From Abditibacterium sp. (GTDB lineage: Bacteria; Armatimonadota; Abditibacteriia; Abditibacteriales; Abditibacteriaceae): 64,000 nt of DNA. The DNA lies in NCBI GenBank assembly GCA_965199495.1, contig CBDASK010000003.1:1856001-1920000 (forward strand), given 5' to 3'. This document shows, one piece after another, positions 50,420-60,298 of this stretch (position 1 is the stretch's first letter; each line of letters starts with the position of its first letter). Below the pieces are notes generated by a model. It worked only from the letters and a program-made list of their open reading frames with translations, ran no database searches and was not told the origin of the DNA. The position numbers were made by a program, and so were the translations under genes.

Positions 50420-51553
50420 TTAGGCCGCCGAACGCGCGCACCGCACCAAGCCTTCGCCGAATTTTGACGCGGGCCAGCGCGCGATAATCTCGCGTGAAGC
50501 CGCGCCCAATTGCGCGCGCTCATCGTCCGAAATTTCGTGCGCCAAATGATTCATGCGCGCGCTTAATTCGCTGGCGTTTGTGGGGTCGAAGCTCCAGCCG
50601 TTGCGTCCGTCTTCCAAAAGTTCGGGCGCGCAACCGCAGGTCTGCGACAGCAAAATCGGCAGACCGCACGCCATCGCCTCGTTGACGACCAAACCCCACT
50701 GCTCCTGCAAACTGGCGTGAACGAACGCGCCCGCATGGGCCATCCAGCGCGCGACTTCGTCTTCTTGCACGAAGCCGGTGAAATGAACGCCGTCCAACCC
50801 CAACTTCTCGACCTGCGCGCGCAAATTCGCTTCTTGCTCGCCCGCGCCGCACAAAACCAAATCCCACGGCGTCTGAGCCGCGAACTGTCGGGCGGCGTGG
50901 CTGCGGTAAGTCGCCCAAGCCTCGACGACGCGCGCCAAATTTTTGCGCTCGATAAATCGGTTGACCGTCAGAAAATAAGGCCGTTCGATTAATCGCGGTT
51001 CGCCGCGCCATTTTTGCGCGCGCGTGGCGAAACCTGCGTTGTCCACCACATCGTAGCCCTCGAAAATGCGCCCGGCGGGAATGCCCAACTGCACCAAGTA
51101 ACGTTTATGCGCCGCGCCGCCGACCAATCCGGCGTCGAAACGGCTGACGATGCGTTTTTTGATTGCTTCTTTCAACGCTTTGCGCGGCGCGTCGTCGCGT
51201 TTGCTTTCCGACATCAAAACCGCGATTTTGTCGTTGCGATTGGCCCAGCGAAGCGCCGCGCGCATTTCGGCGCGCTCGTATCCGCAAATCGCCACAACGT
51301 CGGGTTGCGCTTTACTTAAATACGCTTCCAATTTGCTTTTTATCTCTTTGGCCGGAATCTCTTCGAGCGTGCCATCGAGCAGCGTTTCGAGTTGCAAACC
51401 CAAATTTTCGCGATCCGTCTGCCACGGATAAAGCGCTTCCTGCGCCGCGATTTCCAAACCGACGCACGACGAAAACTCGCGTTGAGAGGCCGCGCCGCGC
51501 AGACGCGCCAGATGATAAGGGCCGAAATTGGGGAAGAGAATCAGAAGTTTCAT
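50420..51553 (-). CDS. Glycosyltransferase family 4
   Basis: GPYHLAR, RFIERKN, EQWGLVVNEAMACG. Confidence 0.9.
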   Translation of the reverse strand: MKLLILFPNFGPYHLARLRGAASQREFSSCVGLEIAAQEALYPWQTDRENLGLQLETLLDGTLEEIPAKEIKSKLEAYLSKAQPDVVAICGYERAEMRAALRWANRNDKIAVLMSESKRDDAPRKALKEAIKKRIVSRFDAGLVGGAAHKRYLVQLGIPAGRIFEGYDVVDNAGFATRAQKWRGEPRLIERPYFLTVNRFIERKNLARVVEAWATYRSHAARQFAAQTPWDLVLCGAGEQEANLRAQVEKLGLDGVHFTGFVQEDEVARWMAHAGAFVHASLQEQWGLVVNEAMACGLPILLSQTCGCAPELLEDGRNGWSFDPTNASELSARMNHLAHEISDDERAQLGAASREIIARWPASKFGEGLVRCARSAA

Positions 51554-51751
51554 GCGCGAAAGTCCTCATAGTATAAAGTCGCCTTTCGCGCGCGCGGATT
51601 GTGACGGAACGGAGCTTTGGGCAAAGCAGAATCTGTTTTGATAAAATTGTGGCATCCACTCGTAAATACCCAAAAAGTCTTGGACGCGAAAGCAACGTTA
51701 AGGCCAATTAATTGTCCTTAGCAAACAAAGCGAACACTATTCGCCTTTTTT

Positions 51752-52738
51752 ATGCGACATTATTGCACCTATTTTGATAAAAACTATTTACTGCGCGGTC
51801 TGACGCTTTTTCGCTCGCTGCAACAACACGAAAAGGAATTTGTGCTGTGGGTTTTGTGCTGCGACGAGGTTTCGTTCACCACATTACAAACGTTGAACGT
51901 GGAGAATCTGCGGCCCATTCGCCTGAGCGAAGTCGAGGAGTTTGAACCGCGCCTGGCGCCGCTCAAAACCCAGCGCAGTCGCGTCGAATATCTGTGGACG
52001 CTGTCGCCGATTTGGCCTTTATTTCTGTTCGAGCGCGACCCGCAAATCGAACTTTTAACCTATCTCGACGCCGACCTGTTTTTTTATGCGTCGCCGCAAC
52101 CGATCTTTGACGAGATGGGCGACAATTCCATCGCGATGTTTTCGCACCGCTTTCCCACGCACCACAAACAGCAGATGGAAGTCAACGGCATTTATAACGT
52201 CGGCTGGCTGTCGTTTCGGCGCGACGAAAACGCCTTCGCCTGTTTGCACGAGTGGCGCGAGCAATGCCTGGATTGGTGCTATGACCGCTGCGAAGACGGC
52301 AAATACGGCGACCAGACTTATCTTGACAATTGGCCGCGCGACCATCAAGGCGTTCGCGTTTTGGAACACGAAGGCGCGGGCATCGCACCGTGGAATTGGA
52401 CGCTTTACCAATTCAAGCGGCGCGGTCAACAACTTTTTTGCAACAACGAACCGTTAATTTTCTTTCACTTTCATGGTTTGCGATTTCTCAATTCGTGGCT
52501 CTACGACGCGTTTTTTTCCAGCTACTTGCATGGCGAAATGTCGCCGCAATTGCACGGTTGGATTTTTGGCCCCTATTTGCGCACGATGTCGCAGACCGCC
52601 AGTTGGGCGCGCGCCAAAGGTGGCCGCATCCAATGGGGACACATGGGCTTTAAAGGTTATATGCGCGCCTATGGCAAACGCATTTTGTTTTACAAACTCA
52701 GCAAACGTTCGTTCTCGCTTTGGCCGGGCATGAAGTAG
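51752..52738 (+). CDS. GT-A fold glycosyltransferase
   Basis: YCTYFDKNYL, YLDADL (DxD), YNVG, GDQTYLD, FFHFHG. Confidence 0.82.
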   Translation: MRHYCTYFDKNYLLRGLTLFRSLQQHEKEFVLWVLCCDEVSFTTLQTLNVENLRPIRLSEVEEFEPRLAPLKTQRSRVEYLWTLSPIWPLFLFERDPQIELLTYLDADLFFYASPQPIFDEMGDNSIAMFSHRFPTHHKQQMEVNGIYNVGWLSFRRDENAFACLHEWREQCLDWCYDRCEDGKYGDQTYLDNWPRDHQGVRVLEHEGAGIAPWNWTLYQFKRRGQQLFCNNEPLIFFHFHGLRFLNSWLYDAFFSSYLHGEMSPQLHGWIFGPYLRTMSQTASWARAKGGRIQWGHMGFKGYMRAYGKRILFYKLSKRSFSLWPGMK

Positions 52739-52893
52739 ATCGTCCACTCTTCGTCCAATGCGAAACCGCGCGGCGCGAAGGTTGATTTGGGTTATCTGCC
52801 GATTTCCAAATCCATGAAAAATTATGGCGTGCGCGCTTCGCTCAAAAAGCTGGCGCGCCGCCAAATGGCCATTCATTGCGGATTAAAGTGAAT

Positions 52894-54420
52894 TTACCGG
52901 CGCAAATTCGAGCGCCGAATCGGCAGCGGCCCGCGTTGCTGAATCGCGGGCCGCGCCAAAGGCGGGCGCGTGGCTGCTCTTGTCGCGGTTATTTGTGTGG
53001 GCTGCGTTTCAACTATCGCCGGTTCGTAACGCGTCGGCGCGTCGGGGTCGCGCGAAAGCCAGACGAACGCCATGAAGGGGACGAAGACCGTCGGCAACCA
53101 GAAAAAGACCGACCACGCTAACGGGTGAATCATCTCCATGCCGCCCAGACCTGCCGAAGCGACCAAGAGAATAACACCCGTGACATAGTGCAATTGGCGC
53201 TGCAAAAACTCCCATAACAGACGAAAGCAAAAGCCGCTGAATATTCCGCCCAAAACCAAACCGATCCAACCGCCGATGTAGAAATATTTGCCGACCATCG
53301 TCGGCGAGGGGCCGCCCAAAAATCCCTGCAAATTTTCTGCGTTGCTAATTTTAGAGACGCGATGAAATCTGTCCCATTCCTCGGCTTCGGGATAAATTTT
53401 GTTCGCCCAAAGCCCGCGCGGAATGCCGTGCGTGAACACTTCGAGCAGCATGTAACCGTAATCGTAATTAACGCGCTGCGGCACGTAATAAGCCACCGAA
53501 ATCGCCATGCCAAAGTCGCTCCACAAATCGGGGCCTTGCTCCGGTTTGTAGGCCGAGGGCGCTTGAGAACCGAAATCGGGATCGCTGAAAAAGCCGAATG
53601 ACCGGTCAACAACAACTGCGGGTTTATCTTTGAGATTGAAACTCATGTCGCGAAAATCGCCGCGATAGGTCGGGATAAAACCAAAAATAAAGAAGATCGT
53701 CGGCAGCAGAAGCGCGACTGTCCACGCGGGCGGGTTGCGGCGCAGGGCCGCGAAAATCGAACCGAACAGAATCACCAACATCATGATGGTGCCTTCGCGC
53801 GTGCCGGTATAAGCCTGCCACAACAAATTCGTCAGCGCCAGCGCGACAACGCAAAATTTGTAGATGTAGGCTTCGCGCTGCGAAAACGCGTGGCACAGCA
53901 ACACCATCAGTCCGAGAGTCGCGATGCGCGGCATGGTATAGACATAGGCCGATAACTCGAAGTTAGTGTTCTCGCGCGGCGCGGAAATATAGTAAGCGAA
54001 ACCGCCCGATGCGTCCATCACCAGATAATAGCCCAACAGGCCGATGCCCAAAAGTAATAATCCCGTCCAGAAGATTTTGGGTTGCGAAGGCGCGGGAAAA
54101 TCGGGAATAAAGCGACTGGCGCGAGCAGCCACCGGCAAACCATAGCCAACCGCGAAGGCGATGCCCACCACCACGAACATCAAAAGCGTTTGCAGATAAA
54201 CCGATTGGCCGTAAAAAGGAATCCACTTGTCGTCGGACAACATCGGTTGCGCCACGCCCGCATAAACGAAGGTCAGCCAAAACGCGTTGACCGGATTGAG
54301 AAAGTGCCAACTACCCGCCAATCGCCATTCGCGCGCGAGAGCTACCACGGGAATGGATGCGATGGCGAAAAGAAGGAGGGCTTCCATTGTTTTTGGGTGA
54401 GCAGGGAACAACGCCCGCAA
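52894..54420 (-). CDS. Wzy-like polysaccharide polymerase (polytopic membrane protein)
   Basis: About 11-12 TM segments with a large periplasmic loop; directly downstream of the Wzc-like gene; start uncertain. Confidence 0.65.
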   Translation of the reverse strand: MRALFPAHPKTMEALLLFAIASIPVVALAREWRLAGSWHFLNPVNAFWLTFVYAGVAQPMLSDDKWIPFYGQSVYLQTLLMFVVVGIAFAVGYGLPVAARASRFIPDFPAPSQPKIFWTGLLLLGIGLLGYYLVMDASGGFAYYISAPRENTNFELSAYVYTMPRIATLGLMVLLCHAFSQREAYIYKFCVVALALTNLLWQAYTGTREGTIMMLVILFGSIFAALRRNPPAWTVALLLPTIFFIFGFIPTYRGDFRDMSFNLKDKPAVVVDRSFGFFSDPDFGSQAPSAYKPEQGPDLWSDFGMAISVAYYVPQRVNYDYGYMLLEVFTHGIPRGLWANKIYPEAEEWDRFHRVSKISNAENLQGFLGGPSPTMVGKYFYIGGWIGLVLGGIFSGFCFRLLWEFLQRQLHYVTGVILLVASAGLGGMEMIHPLAWSVFFWLPTVFVPFMAFVWLSRDPDAPTRYEPAIVETQPTQITATRAATRPPLARPAIQQRGPLPIRRSNLRR

Positions 54421-54432
54421 TTTCCTATTGCT

Positions 54433-56838
54433 CTATCGCACGCCGCCGCGCTCGTCCAACGGTTGCTCTGGATCGAACGGGCGCGTAATTTCGTCGCCCA
54501 CTTTGACCGGAACATAACTCTGTTGAGGCACAATCGCGCGCTCGCCCGGCCCGCGCAAATTGGCGGTCGAATGATGTGAGCGATATTCGCTATACGATGC
54601 GTGCGCGCCCAACTTCGGCGCGACTTTGGTCAGCACGATGCCCAGCACGCGCGCGCCCGTCTGGTGCAGCATATTGGTCGCGCGCGCGATTTCGGGTTTG
54701 GTCGCCTCGCCGCACGCCACGACCAAAAGCGTCGCGTCGGTCATCGTCGCCAGTACGGTCGAATCGGCGATAATTAGCGTCGGCGGGCTGTCAACAATGG
54801 TCAAATCGGCGAGCGCCGACAATTCGTCAATCAACTGTTGCGCTTCGGTTGACTTCAAAAGTTCGAGCGGGCTTTCGTGCGGCGAACCCGCCGTCAAAAC
54901 GCTGAGGCCGGGAATGCGCGTGGCTTGCACGGCTTGCTCTAATGGGGCGTGTCCCAAAACCACATCACTAAATCCGATTTCGTTGCTCAAGCCGAAATAA
55001 TCGTGCAGCGATGGTTTGCGGCCATCGCAGTCAATCAGCACGACTTCTTCGCCCGCCCACGCCGCCGCCGCCGCCAGATTGACGCAGCTCAGCGATTTGC
55101 CTTCGCCGGGCAGGGCGCTCGTCACCAAAACCGAACGCAACGGCACTTCGCGCGCGGCCAGAGCCAGTTGCGCGGTCAGCATCTCGAAACTTTCGCGCAA
55201 AAACGGCGCGTTGCCGGTCAACACCGATTGGTCGGCGCGCCGGTTGATGCGCGGCACGTTAATCAAAATCGGCAACTGCGCCGCCGCGCGCGCCTGAGTG
55301 GCATTGTGGATTTTATCGTCGAAGCGATCCACCAACAGCGCGGCCAGATAAGCCAACAGCGAACCTAACGCCAGCGCCATCAAAAGTGTCGTGGTGCGCC
55401 CGCGTCCCGATGGCGCGCCCGGCGGCGTAGCTGGTGAGGTGATGCTACCGTTGGCGAGTTGCGAGGCCGCGCTCAATTGCAGCGTTTGCGCTTTTTGGCT
55501 CAGGGTATCGTAGGTCGCTTGCAGTCCCGCCAGCGTGTTGGTGAGCTGGGTAATGCGCGAAGTTTTGGCGGGCAACTGCGCTTGCGCGGTTTGGGCGCGT
55601 TGCAGATTCGTTTCTAAAATCGGGATGCGCGCGCGCAACGCTTGCAGATCGGAGCGCGCCGTCGCCAAGTTTTGCGCCGCCGTGATGTAAGCCGGGTTGG
55701 GCGAGCGCTGGGCGGGCGTGGTTTCGTTGGCGGGTTCGCGGTCGAGTTGCGCTTGCACGCGCCCGATCTGGCCGTCAATTTGGCGCACGATGGTGCTGTC
55801 TTCGGTATATTCGGCGCGCGCGGCGATGCGGTCGAGGCGCAGTTTGGTCAGTTCGGCGCGCAGCGAAACCACCGCCGGGCGCGTGACGGTCGTGTAGCTG
55901 ACGATTTCGCGCGGCGTGTTGGCTAACACGTCCTGCTGCACTTTCAAACTCGCGGCGGCGGCGGCTTGCGCGGCGCGCGCCTGGGTCAAATCGCTTTTGG
56001 TGGTTTCAAGCGTCGTCGCCACGTTTTGCGCTTGTTGCACGCCGTCGGTGATGCCGACTTTGGCTTGATAATTTTTCAGTTCGTCGCGCGCGTTACCCAG
56101 GTTTTCGCGCACGGTTTGCAGTTGCCCGCGCGCCGAATCGGCGGCGGCCTGAATCGCGCGGCGGTTGTTCTTCTGGCTCTGCTCGATATACGAATCGCAA
56201 ATCGCGTTCGCCAGCGCCGCGCTCGCGGGCGCCGAGGGCGAGCCGACGGTGACTGTCACCAAATCGGTGTTGCGAATCGAGCCGATATTCAAATTGTAAG
56301 ACCGCTCGATGGCGGCTTTATCGTCGGGATTGAGGCTGTTTTTGGCGGCCTCGACAACGCTATCGGTTTTGACGATTTCGAGTTGCGTTTCCAAACGGCG
56401 CGCCTCGTCCACGCCGGGCACATCGGTCGGCGGCGCGTCGGGCGAGGCGTTGGGGTCGTCGGGCCGTTTTTCGCCCGCGAGCGGCGAAGTGTTGACGAGT
56501 AATGTCGCCGTGGCTTGATAGGTGCGTTGCGAACGCAACGAATAAAGTAAACCCAGCAAGAGCGCGCCGAGCAGAATTGGCAACACCAAATAGCGGCGGC
56601 GCCACAGCAAATCGAAGAGGCGACGCAACGGATCGGAGCGCGTCGCGGCGCCTTCAGTTTCGCCATCGAGTCGGGCCGGTTCAGGCGCGCCATCATCGTG
56701 ATAAGGCGCGAGTGCCGTTTCCTTGGGGCGCGACAGAACGCGCGCGCCCTGCGTGGTGGCATCGGACGTGCCGCTCCCGTTTTCGGGAGCGGGCGAACGA
56801 TGCTCGATGTAAGAATCGAAGAATTTTTTCTCTCTCAA
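54433..56838 (-). CDS. Wzc/GumC-like polysaccharide co-polymerase with tyrosine kinase domain
   Basis: Two TM helices flanking coiled coils; SALPGEGKS Walker A, LIDCD, IVDSPP. Confidence 0.9.
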   Translation of the reverse strand: MREKKFFDSYIEHRSPAPENGSGTSDATTQGARVLSRPKETALAPYHDDGAPEPARLDGETEGAATRSDPLRRLFDLLWRRRYLVLPILLGALLLGLLYSLRSQRTYQATATLLVNTSPLAGEKRPDDPNASPDAPPTDVPGVDEARRLETQLEIVKTDSVVEAAKNSLNPDDKAAIERSYNLNIGSIRNTDLVTVTVGSPSAPASAALANAICDSYIEQSQKNNRRAIQAAADSARGQLQTVRENLGNARDELKNYQAKVGITDGVQQAQNVATTLETTKSDLTQARAAQAAAAASLKVQQDVLANTPREIVSYTTVTRPAVVSLRAELTKLRLDRIAARAEYTEDSTIVRQIDGQIGRVQAQLDREPANETTPAQRSPNPAYITAAQNLATARSDLQALRARIPILETNLQRAQTAQAQLPAKTSRITQLTNTLAGLQATYDTLSQKAQTLQLSAASQLANGSITSPATPPGAPSGRGRTTTLLMALALGSLLAYLAALLVDRFDDKIHNATQARAAAQLPILINVPRINRRADQSVLTGNAPFLRESFEMLTAQLALAAREVPLRSVLVTSALPGEGKSLSCVNLAAAAAWAGEEVVLIDCDGRKPSLHDYFGLSNEIGFSDVVLGHAPLEQAVQATRIPGLSVLTAGSPHESPLELLKSTEAQQLIDELSALADLTIVDSPPTLIIADSTVLATMTDATLLVVACGEATKPEIARATNMLHQTGARVLGIVLTKVAPKLGAHASYSEYRSHHSTANLRGPGERAIVPQQSYVPVKVGDEITRPFDPEQPLDERGGVR

Positions 56839-56965
56839 CGTGAAGCTCCGTGGTTGCTTTTAACCTAAAAAATCCGCTTTAGTTTGAACGAAATCACTGT
56901 CAAGCGTCGCGCAGCGCGTCAAGAGTTGGTAAAAGAGCGAATTTCGAGCGACATTTCTGGCCGCA

Positions 56966-57000
56966 AAAGCGGCGTGGCTCTTGGAGCCACGCCGCCACTT
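56966..57000 (-). terminator. Hairpin built from an inverted CGTGGCT pair
   Basis: aaaagcggcgtggctc-ttg-gagccacgccgc; the A-run gives a T-tail on minus after the gene ending at 57021. Confidence 0.75.
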
Positions 57001-57020
57001 TAAATTCTGCGTGTCCTAAA

Positions 57021-58103
57021 TCAACTTTCCGTTTCCGCCGTTTGCGCCAAGACTTCGCCGCCCAACTCGTTGTTTTGCGCTGCCGCTTTGTCCACTGCCG
57101 CCGTCAATTTGCTGGTCGCGACCTGCGCTTCCAAAGCCGCGCCCGCCAACGTTTTATTGCCCGCATCGCCCGGCGTCGGGCCGGGCAAAAAGCGCGTGAC
57201 AAACCCCAACAACTCGCCCGCGACGTTGGGAAACATCCGGTATAAAACGCTGCCCCACAATATAGGCAACGGAAAGGCCAATTGCGGATCGCCGTAACGC
57301 GCCGCGTCCACGATGAGGCGCGCCGCGCTAACCGCGTTGGTCGAACCGCCCGGCATCACGGCGGCGGTTTTGAACATCTTATATTCCTTGGCCTGTTGCC
57401 CCTTGAATTTGGCCGCGACGTGCGAGCCGGTGCGAATCGGGCCGGGACAAACCGTCGTCACTTTGATTTTATCTTTCGCCAACTCGTTACGCATCGCGTC
57501 CGATAACCCGACCATGCCGAACTTGGAGACCGCGTAGGGCGCCATGTGCGGCATCGCGATAAGTCCGCCGCTCGAAGCGATATTGACGATGCGGCCCTGC
57601 CCCGATTTTTTCAAGTGTGGCAACGCCGCGCGCGTCAGGCGGAGCGGCCCCCAAATATGCAAATCAATCGCGGCTTTAAAATCCGAATCTAGCATATGTT
57701 CGAGCGGCCCGACCTGAATAATGCCCGCGTTGTTAATCAAAACGTCAACACCGCCAAAGCGCTCGATGACGCGGTTGATAGCAGCCACGTCGTCGTGCGG
57801 GTCGGTGACATCGGCGATAACGGTGAGAACTTGCGCGCCCATCGCTTCGAGTTGGGTTTGCGCGGTTACAAGTTCGTCTTCGTCGCGCGCCAGCAAAGCT
57901 AACTTGGCGCCCAACTTGGCAAATTCGCGCGCGATACAAAGTCCCAACCCGCGCGAGCCGCCGCTAATCACGACGACGCGCCCGTTAAAGTCCACGGCTT
58001 TTCGGTTGCGTAATAAGCGTAAGCCGACCATCGCGCCGCCGAAGAGAAACGCCAATTTAGAAGTCAAAGAAATGCCGCGCCTGGCGGTTTGGAGTGCGTC
58101 CAT
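57021..58103 (-). CDS. Short-chain dehydrogenase/reductase
   Basis: SGGSRGLG, LINNAG, YAVSK. Confidence 0.92.
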   Translation of the reverse strand: MDALQTARRGISLTSKLAFLFGGAMVGLRLLRNRKAVDFNGRVVVISGGSRGLGLCIAREFAKLGAKLALLARDEDELVTAQTQLEAMGAQVLTVIADVTDPHDDVAAINRVIERFGGVDVLINNAGIIQVGPLEHMLDSDFKAAIDLHIWGPLRLTRAALPHLKKSGQGRIVNIASSGGLIAMPHMAPYAVSKFGMVGLSDAMRNELAKDKIKVTTVCPGPIRTGSHVAAKFKGQQAKEYKMFKTAAVMPGGSTNAVSAARLIVDAARYGDPQLAFPLPILWGSVLYRMFPNVAGELLGFVTRFLPGPTPGDAGNKTLAGAALEAQVATSKLTAAVDKAAAQNNELGGEVLAQTAETES

Positions 58104-58186
58104 AAGTGAACGCGCGATGTTGCCAATCGCGCGCCCAAGGCCGTAACAACGTAGATTTCGCGCCCGTTTGAGGTCATCTTACTGCT

Positions 58187-58723
58187 ATGAAATTATTTGG
58201 CGAAAACAGCCGGTTCGCGAGCTTGAGCTACAACGCGATGGCAGTCGTGGGCGTAGTTTTAACGCTCACTCAGTGGGCGTTGTGGATGCTGATTTTGCCG
58301 ATTATCGCGGCGGATTGGGGGCAGAGCTTGAACGTCGTCACGTTCCCACACGCCCCCGGAGAATTCGACGTGGCTCCGTTTATCTGCGTGATGTTATGCG
58401 CGATTGTCGGCCTGTTGATGGGCGCCGGAACGCACAATGTCCGCGAACTACTGCGCCGTGGCCACAGGCGCGAAGCCCGCACGCGCTGTTTTTCTGCGGG
58501 CTTGAGTTGGATCGTCAGTAGCGGATTTTTATTTCACGTCGCGACGCACAATTTACCCAGCGCCCGCAATTCTGGCGCTCTGCTCAATATCGAGTTGCAC
58601 TTCGGCGCCCTGTTGCTGACGCTATTGTCGCCCGCGTTGGCGTTGTTGCTCACCTCGCTCCTTTTGTCGCGACAAGATGCGCGCACGGCCCCGGTAATTG
58701 CGCCGCGCAAAGACCCTTTTTGA
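58187..58723 (+). CDS. Hypothetical membrane protein
   Basis: Four hydrophobic segments. Confidence 0.6.
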   Translation: MKLFGENSRFASLSYNAMAVVGVVLTLTQWALWMLILPIIAADWGQSLNVVTFPHAPGEFDVAPFICVMLCAIVGLLMGAGTHNVRELLRRGHRREARTRCFSAGLSWIVSSGFLFHVATHNLPSARNSGALLNIELHFGALLLTLLSPALALLLTSLLLSRQDARTAPVIAPRKDPF

Positions 58724-59075
58724 GGCGCAGATGGCACGACCGATGTGCTGTTGCCCTGCAAGCGATGGATCGAATCGAGCGAATAGATCGAATGGATACG
58801 GTTGCCCGACTGGCCTATCGAGCAACCGTTGACGGCTTGGGTCATTGGCGCGTCGAACCAATCGGCCACGAAAACCGCGTTGGCGGCATTGCGCAGATGA
58901 CGCGCACCAATCCAGAGTCGCCGACTTCGGGTATCGGCCCAAAATGTAGGTCGGAGTTTGCTTGCGCTGATTATCAGCGAGCAAAATTGTGCCGAGTAAA
59001 AGTGCGCCAACCGCGCCGAAAAATGCGAATCGTTTCAGAGCAGCCACGGGCAAGCGGAGCGTTAGTTTCGTGATG

Positions 59076-59378
59076 TCAGGATGAAGCCAAATCGCGGTAT
59101 TTCGCGGTCAGCTCGCCGTTTTCGTCCCAGACGCCCGCGCGTTGCATCGCGCTCTTACCGATTTCCATGTCGGCGCGAATTTGCTGGGAAACTAATTCTA
59201 TGTAATCGCAGAACACTTCATTTTCCCGTTGTTGTGCGTGCGCGCGCTTCCAATTATGGACGAGTTTGTATTTTTTATTGAGCTTTTTGTATCTCAGATA
59301 GATGAACGCTTTTTGGGCGCCAATAAATGCCGAAATTGCCAGCACGAGGAGCGCGAGCCAGAGCAGTTTTTTGTTCAT
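59076..59378 (-). CDS. Small membrane-anchored protein, paralog of 60024-60224
   Basis: N-terminal TM helix; C-terminal MQRAGVWDENGELTAKYRD; SD gagg. Confidence 0.75.
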   Translation of the reverse strand: MNKKLLWLALLVLAISAFIGAQKAFIYLRYKKLNKKYKLVHNWKRAHAQQRENEVFCDYIELVSQQIRADMEIGKSAMQRAGVWDENGELTAKYRDLASS

Positions 59379-59428
59379 GTTTCCTCAGTGAAAGCAAAAA
59401 GCGCGCGGGGCTAAATTGGCGCTCGAAA

Positions 59429-60067
59429 TCAGAGTGGGCGAAAGTAGCCCAAGACGCAATCGAGGTTGCGCACGCAGATTTGCGTGTGATCGGCAGATTG
59501 AAAACCGGCGTTTGGATAAAGCGGGCCGCCTTCCCAAAACGCGGCGCGCACGCTGTCGTAGGGCGTTTGGCCGCTCTCTTCGATGAGCAAGTGCATCAGG
59601 TTGAAAGTGGCGCAATCGAGTCGGCGCGCCCGCAGCGTTTGGCCATTGGTGGGAAGCGAGATATTTCTATCTTGGGTGTATCTGACGAGCGATTGATACG
59701 CATCTGCAAGTCGTGTGAGCGCACCCATTTCGGTGGTGATGAAACAATGTCCGAGGTTGATAACTGCGCCGACGATGAACGGTTCGTAAATCGTGCCGCG
59801 AGAATTACGCCCGCCCTGCGCGCGTTCACGGGCGAAATCGAGCGCGCGGGCGGGACTGGATTCCCAAAAATAGACGCCTTGGCCCAGCCAATCGTAATCG
59901 TTGCGCGAAAACTCGAGATGTGGAATTTCGCCGCTCAATACGGCTTCGCCAACAGAGCGGTCGCAACCGTGAAAGCCCAAAACGAATGAGGGATAAATCT
60001 CGTAACGTTCCCATGTTCGCGGGTTAGGATTGCTCTGGATCACGATATTTCTTCGCCAATTCGCCAC
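59429..60067 (-). CDS. Putative ADP-ribosyltransferase-fold protein
   Basis: GFHGC, WLGQGVYFWE, HTQICVRN motifs; start 60067 or GTG 60043, overlapping the upstream small gene. Confidence 0.7.
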   Translation of the reverse strand: MANWRRNIVIQSNPNPRTWERYEIYPSFVLGFHGCDRSVGEAVLSGEIPHLEFSRNDYDWLGQGVYFWESSPARALDFARERAQGGRNSRGTIYEPFIVGAVINLGHCFITTEMGALTRLADAYQSLVRYTQDRNISLPTNGQTLRARRLDCATFNLMHLLIEESGQTPYDSVRAAFWEGGPLYPNAGFQSADHTQICVRNLDCVLGYFRPL

Positions 60068-60224
60068 TTTCGTCGATGATGCCAGCGCGTTGCATCACTC
60101 GCCGCAGAATTTCAGGATCGGTTTCGCTTTGCTTCAACAGGTTTTGCACGTAATCGTGAAACTCTTTGGCTTCCTGCTCCGCCGTCGGGGTGCGATTCCA
60201 TTTGGTGCCGGGTTGATATTTCAT
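60024..60224 (-). CDS. 66-aa protein, putative antitoxin
   Basis: GGAGG SD; C-terminal MQRAGIIDESGELAKKYRD; overlaps the downstream gene. Confidence 0.75.
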   Translation of the reverse strand: MKYQPGTKWNRTPTAEQEAKEFHDYVQNLLKQSETDPEILRRVMQRAGIIDESGELAKKYRDPEQS

Positions 60225-60298
60225 GTTGAGGTTTTCCTCCGTCGCAATTAAAGAAGCGAAGCGCGTGATGATCGCTCCGCTTTTGTAGGTTGAGCTTG

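Noticed and set aside
58534..59073. Overlapping ORFs on both strands (58720-59073, 58622-59053, 58534-59010)
   Set aside because: No recognisable motif or clear start; cannot choose a real gene
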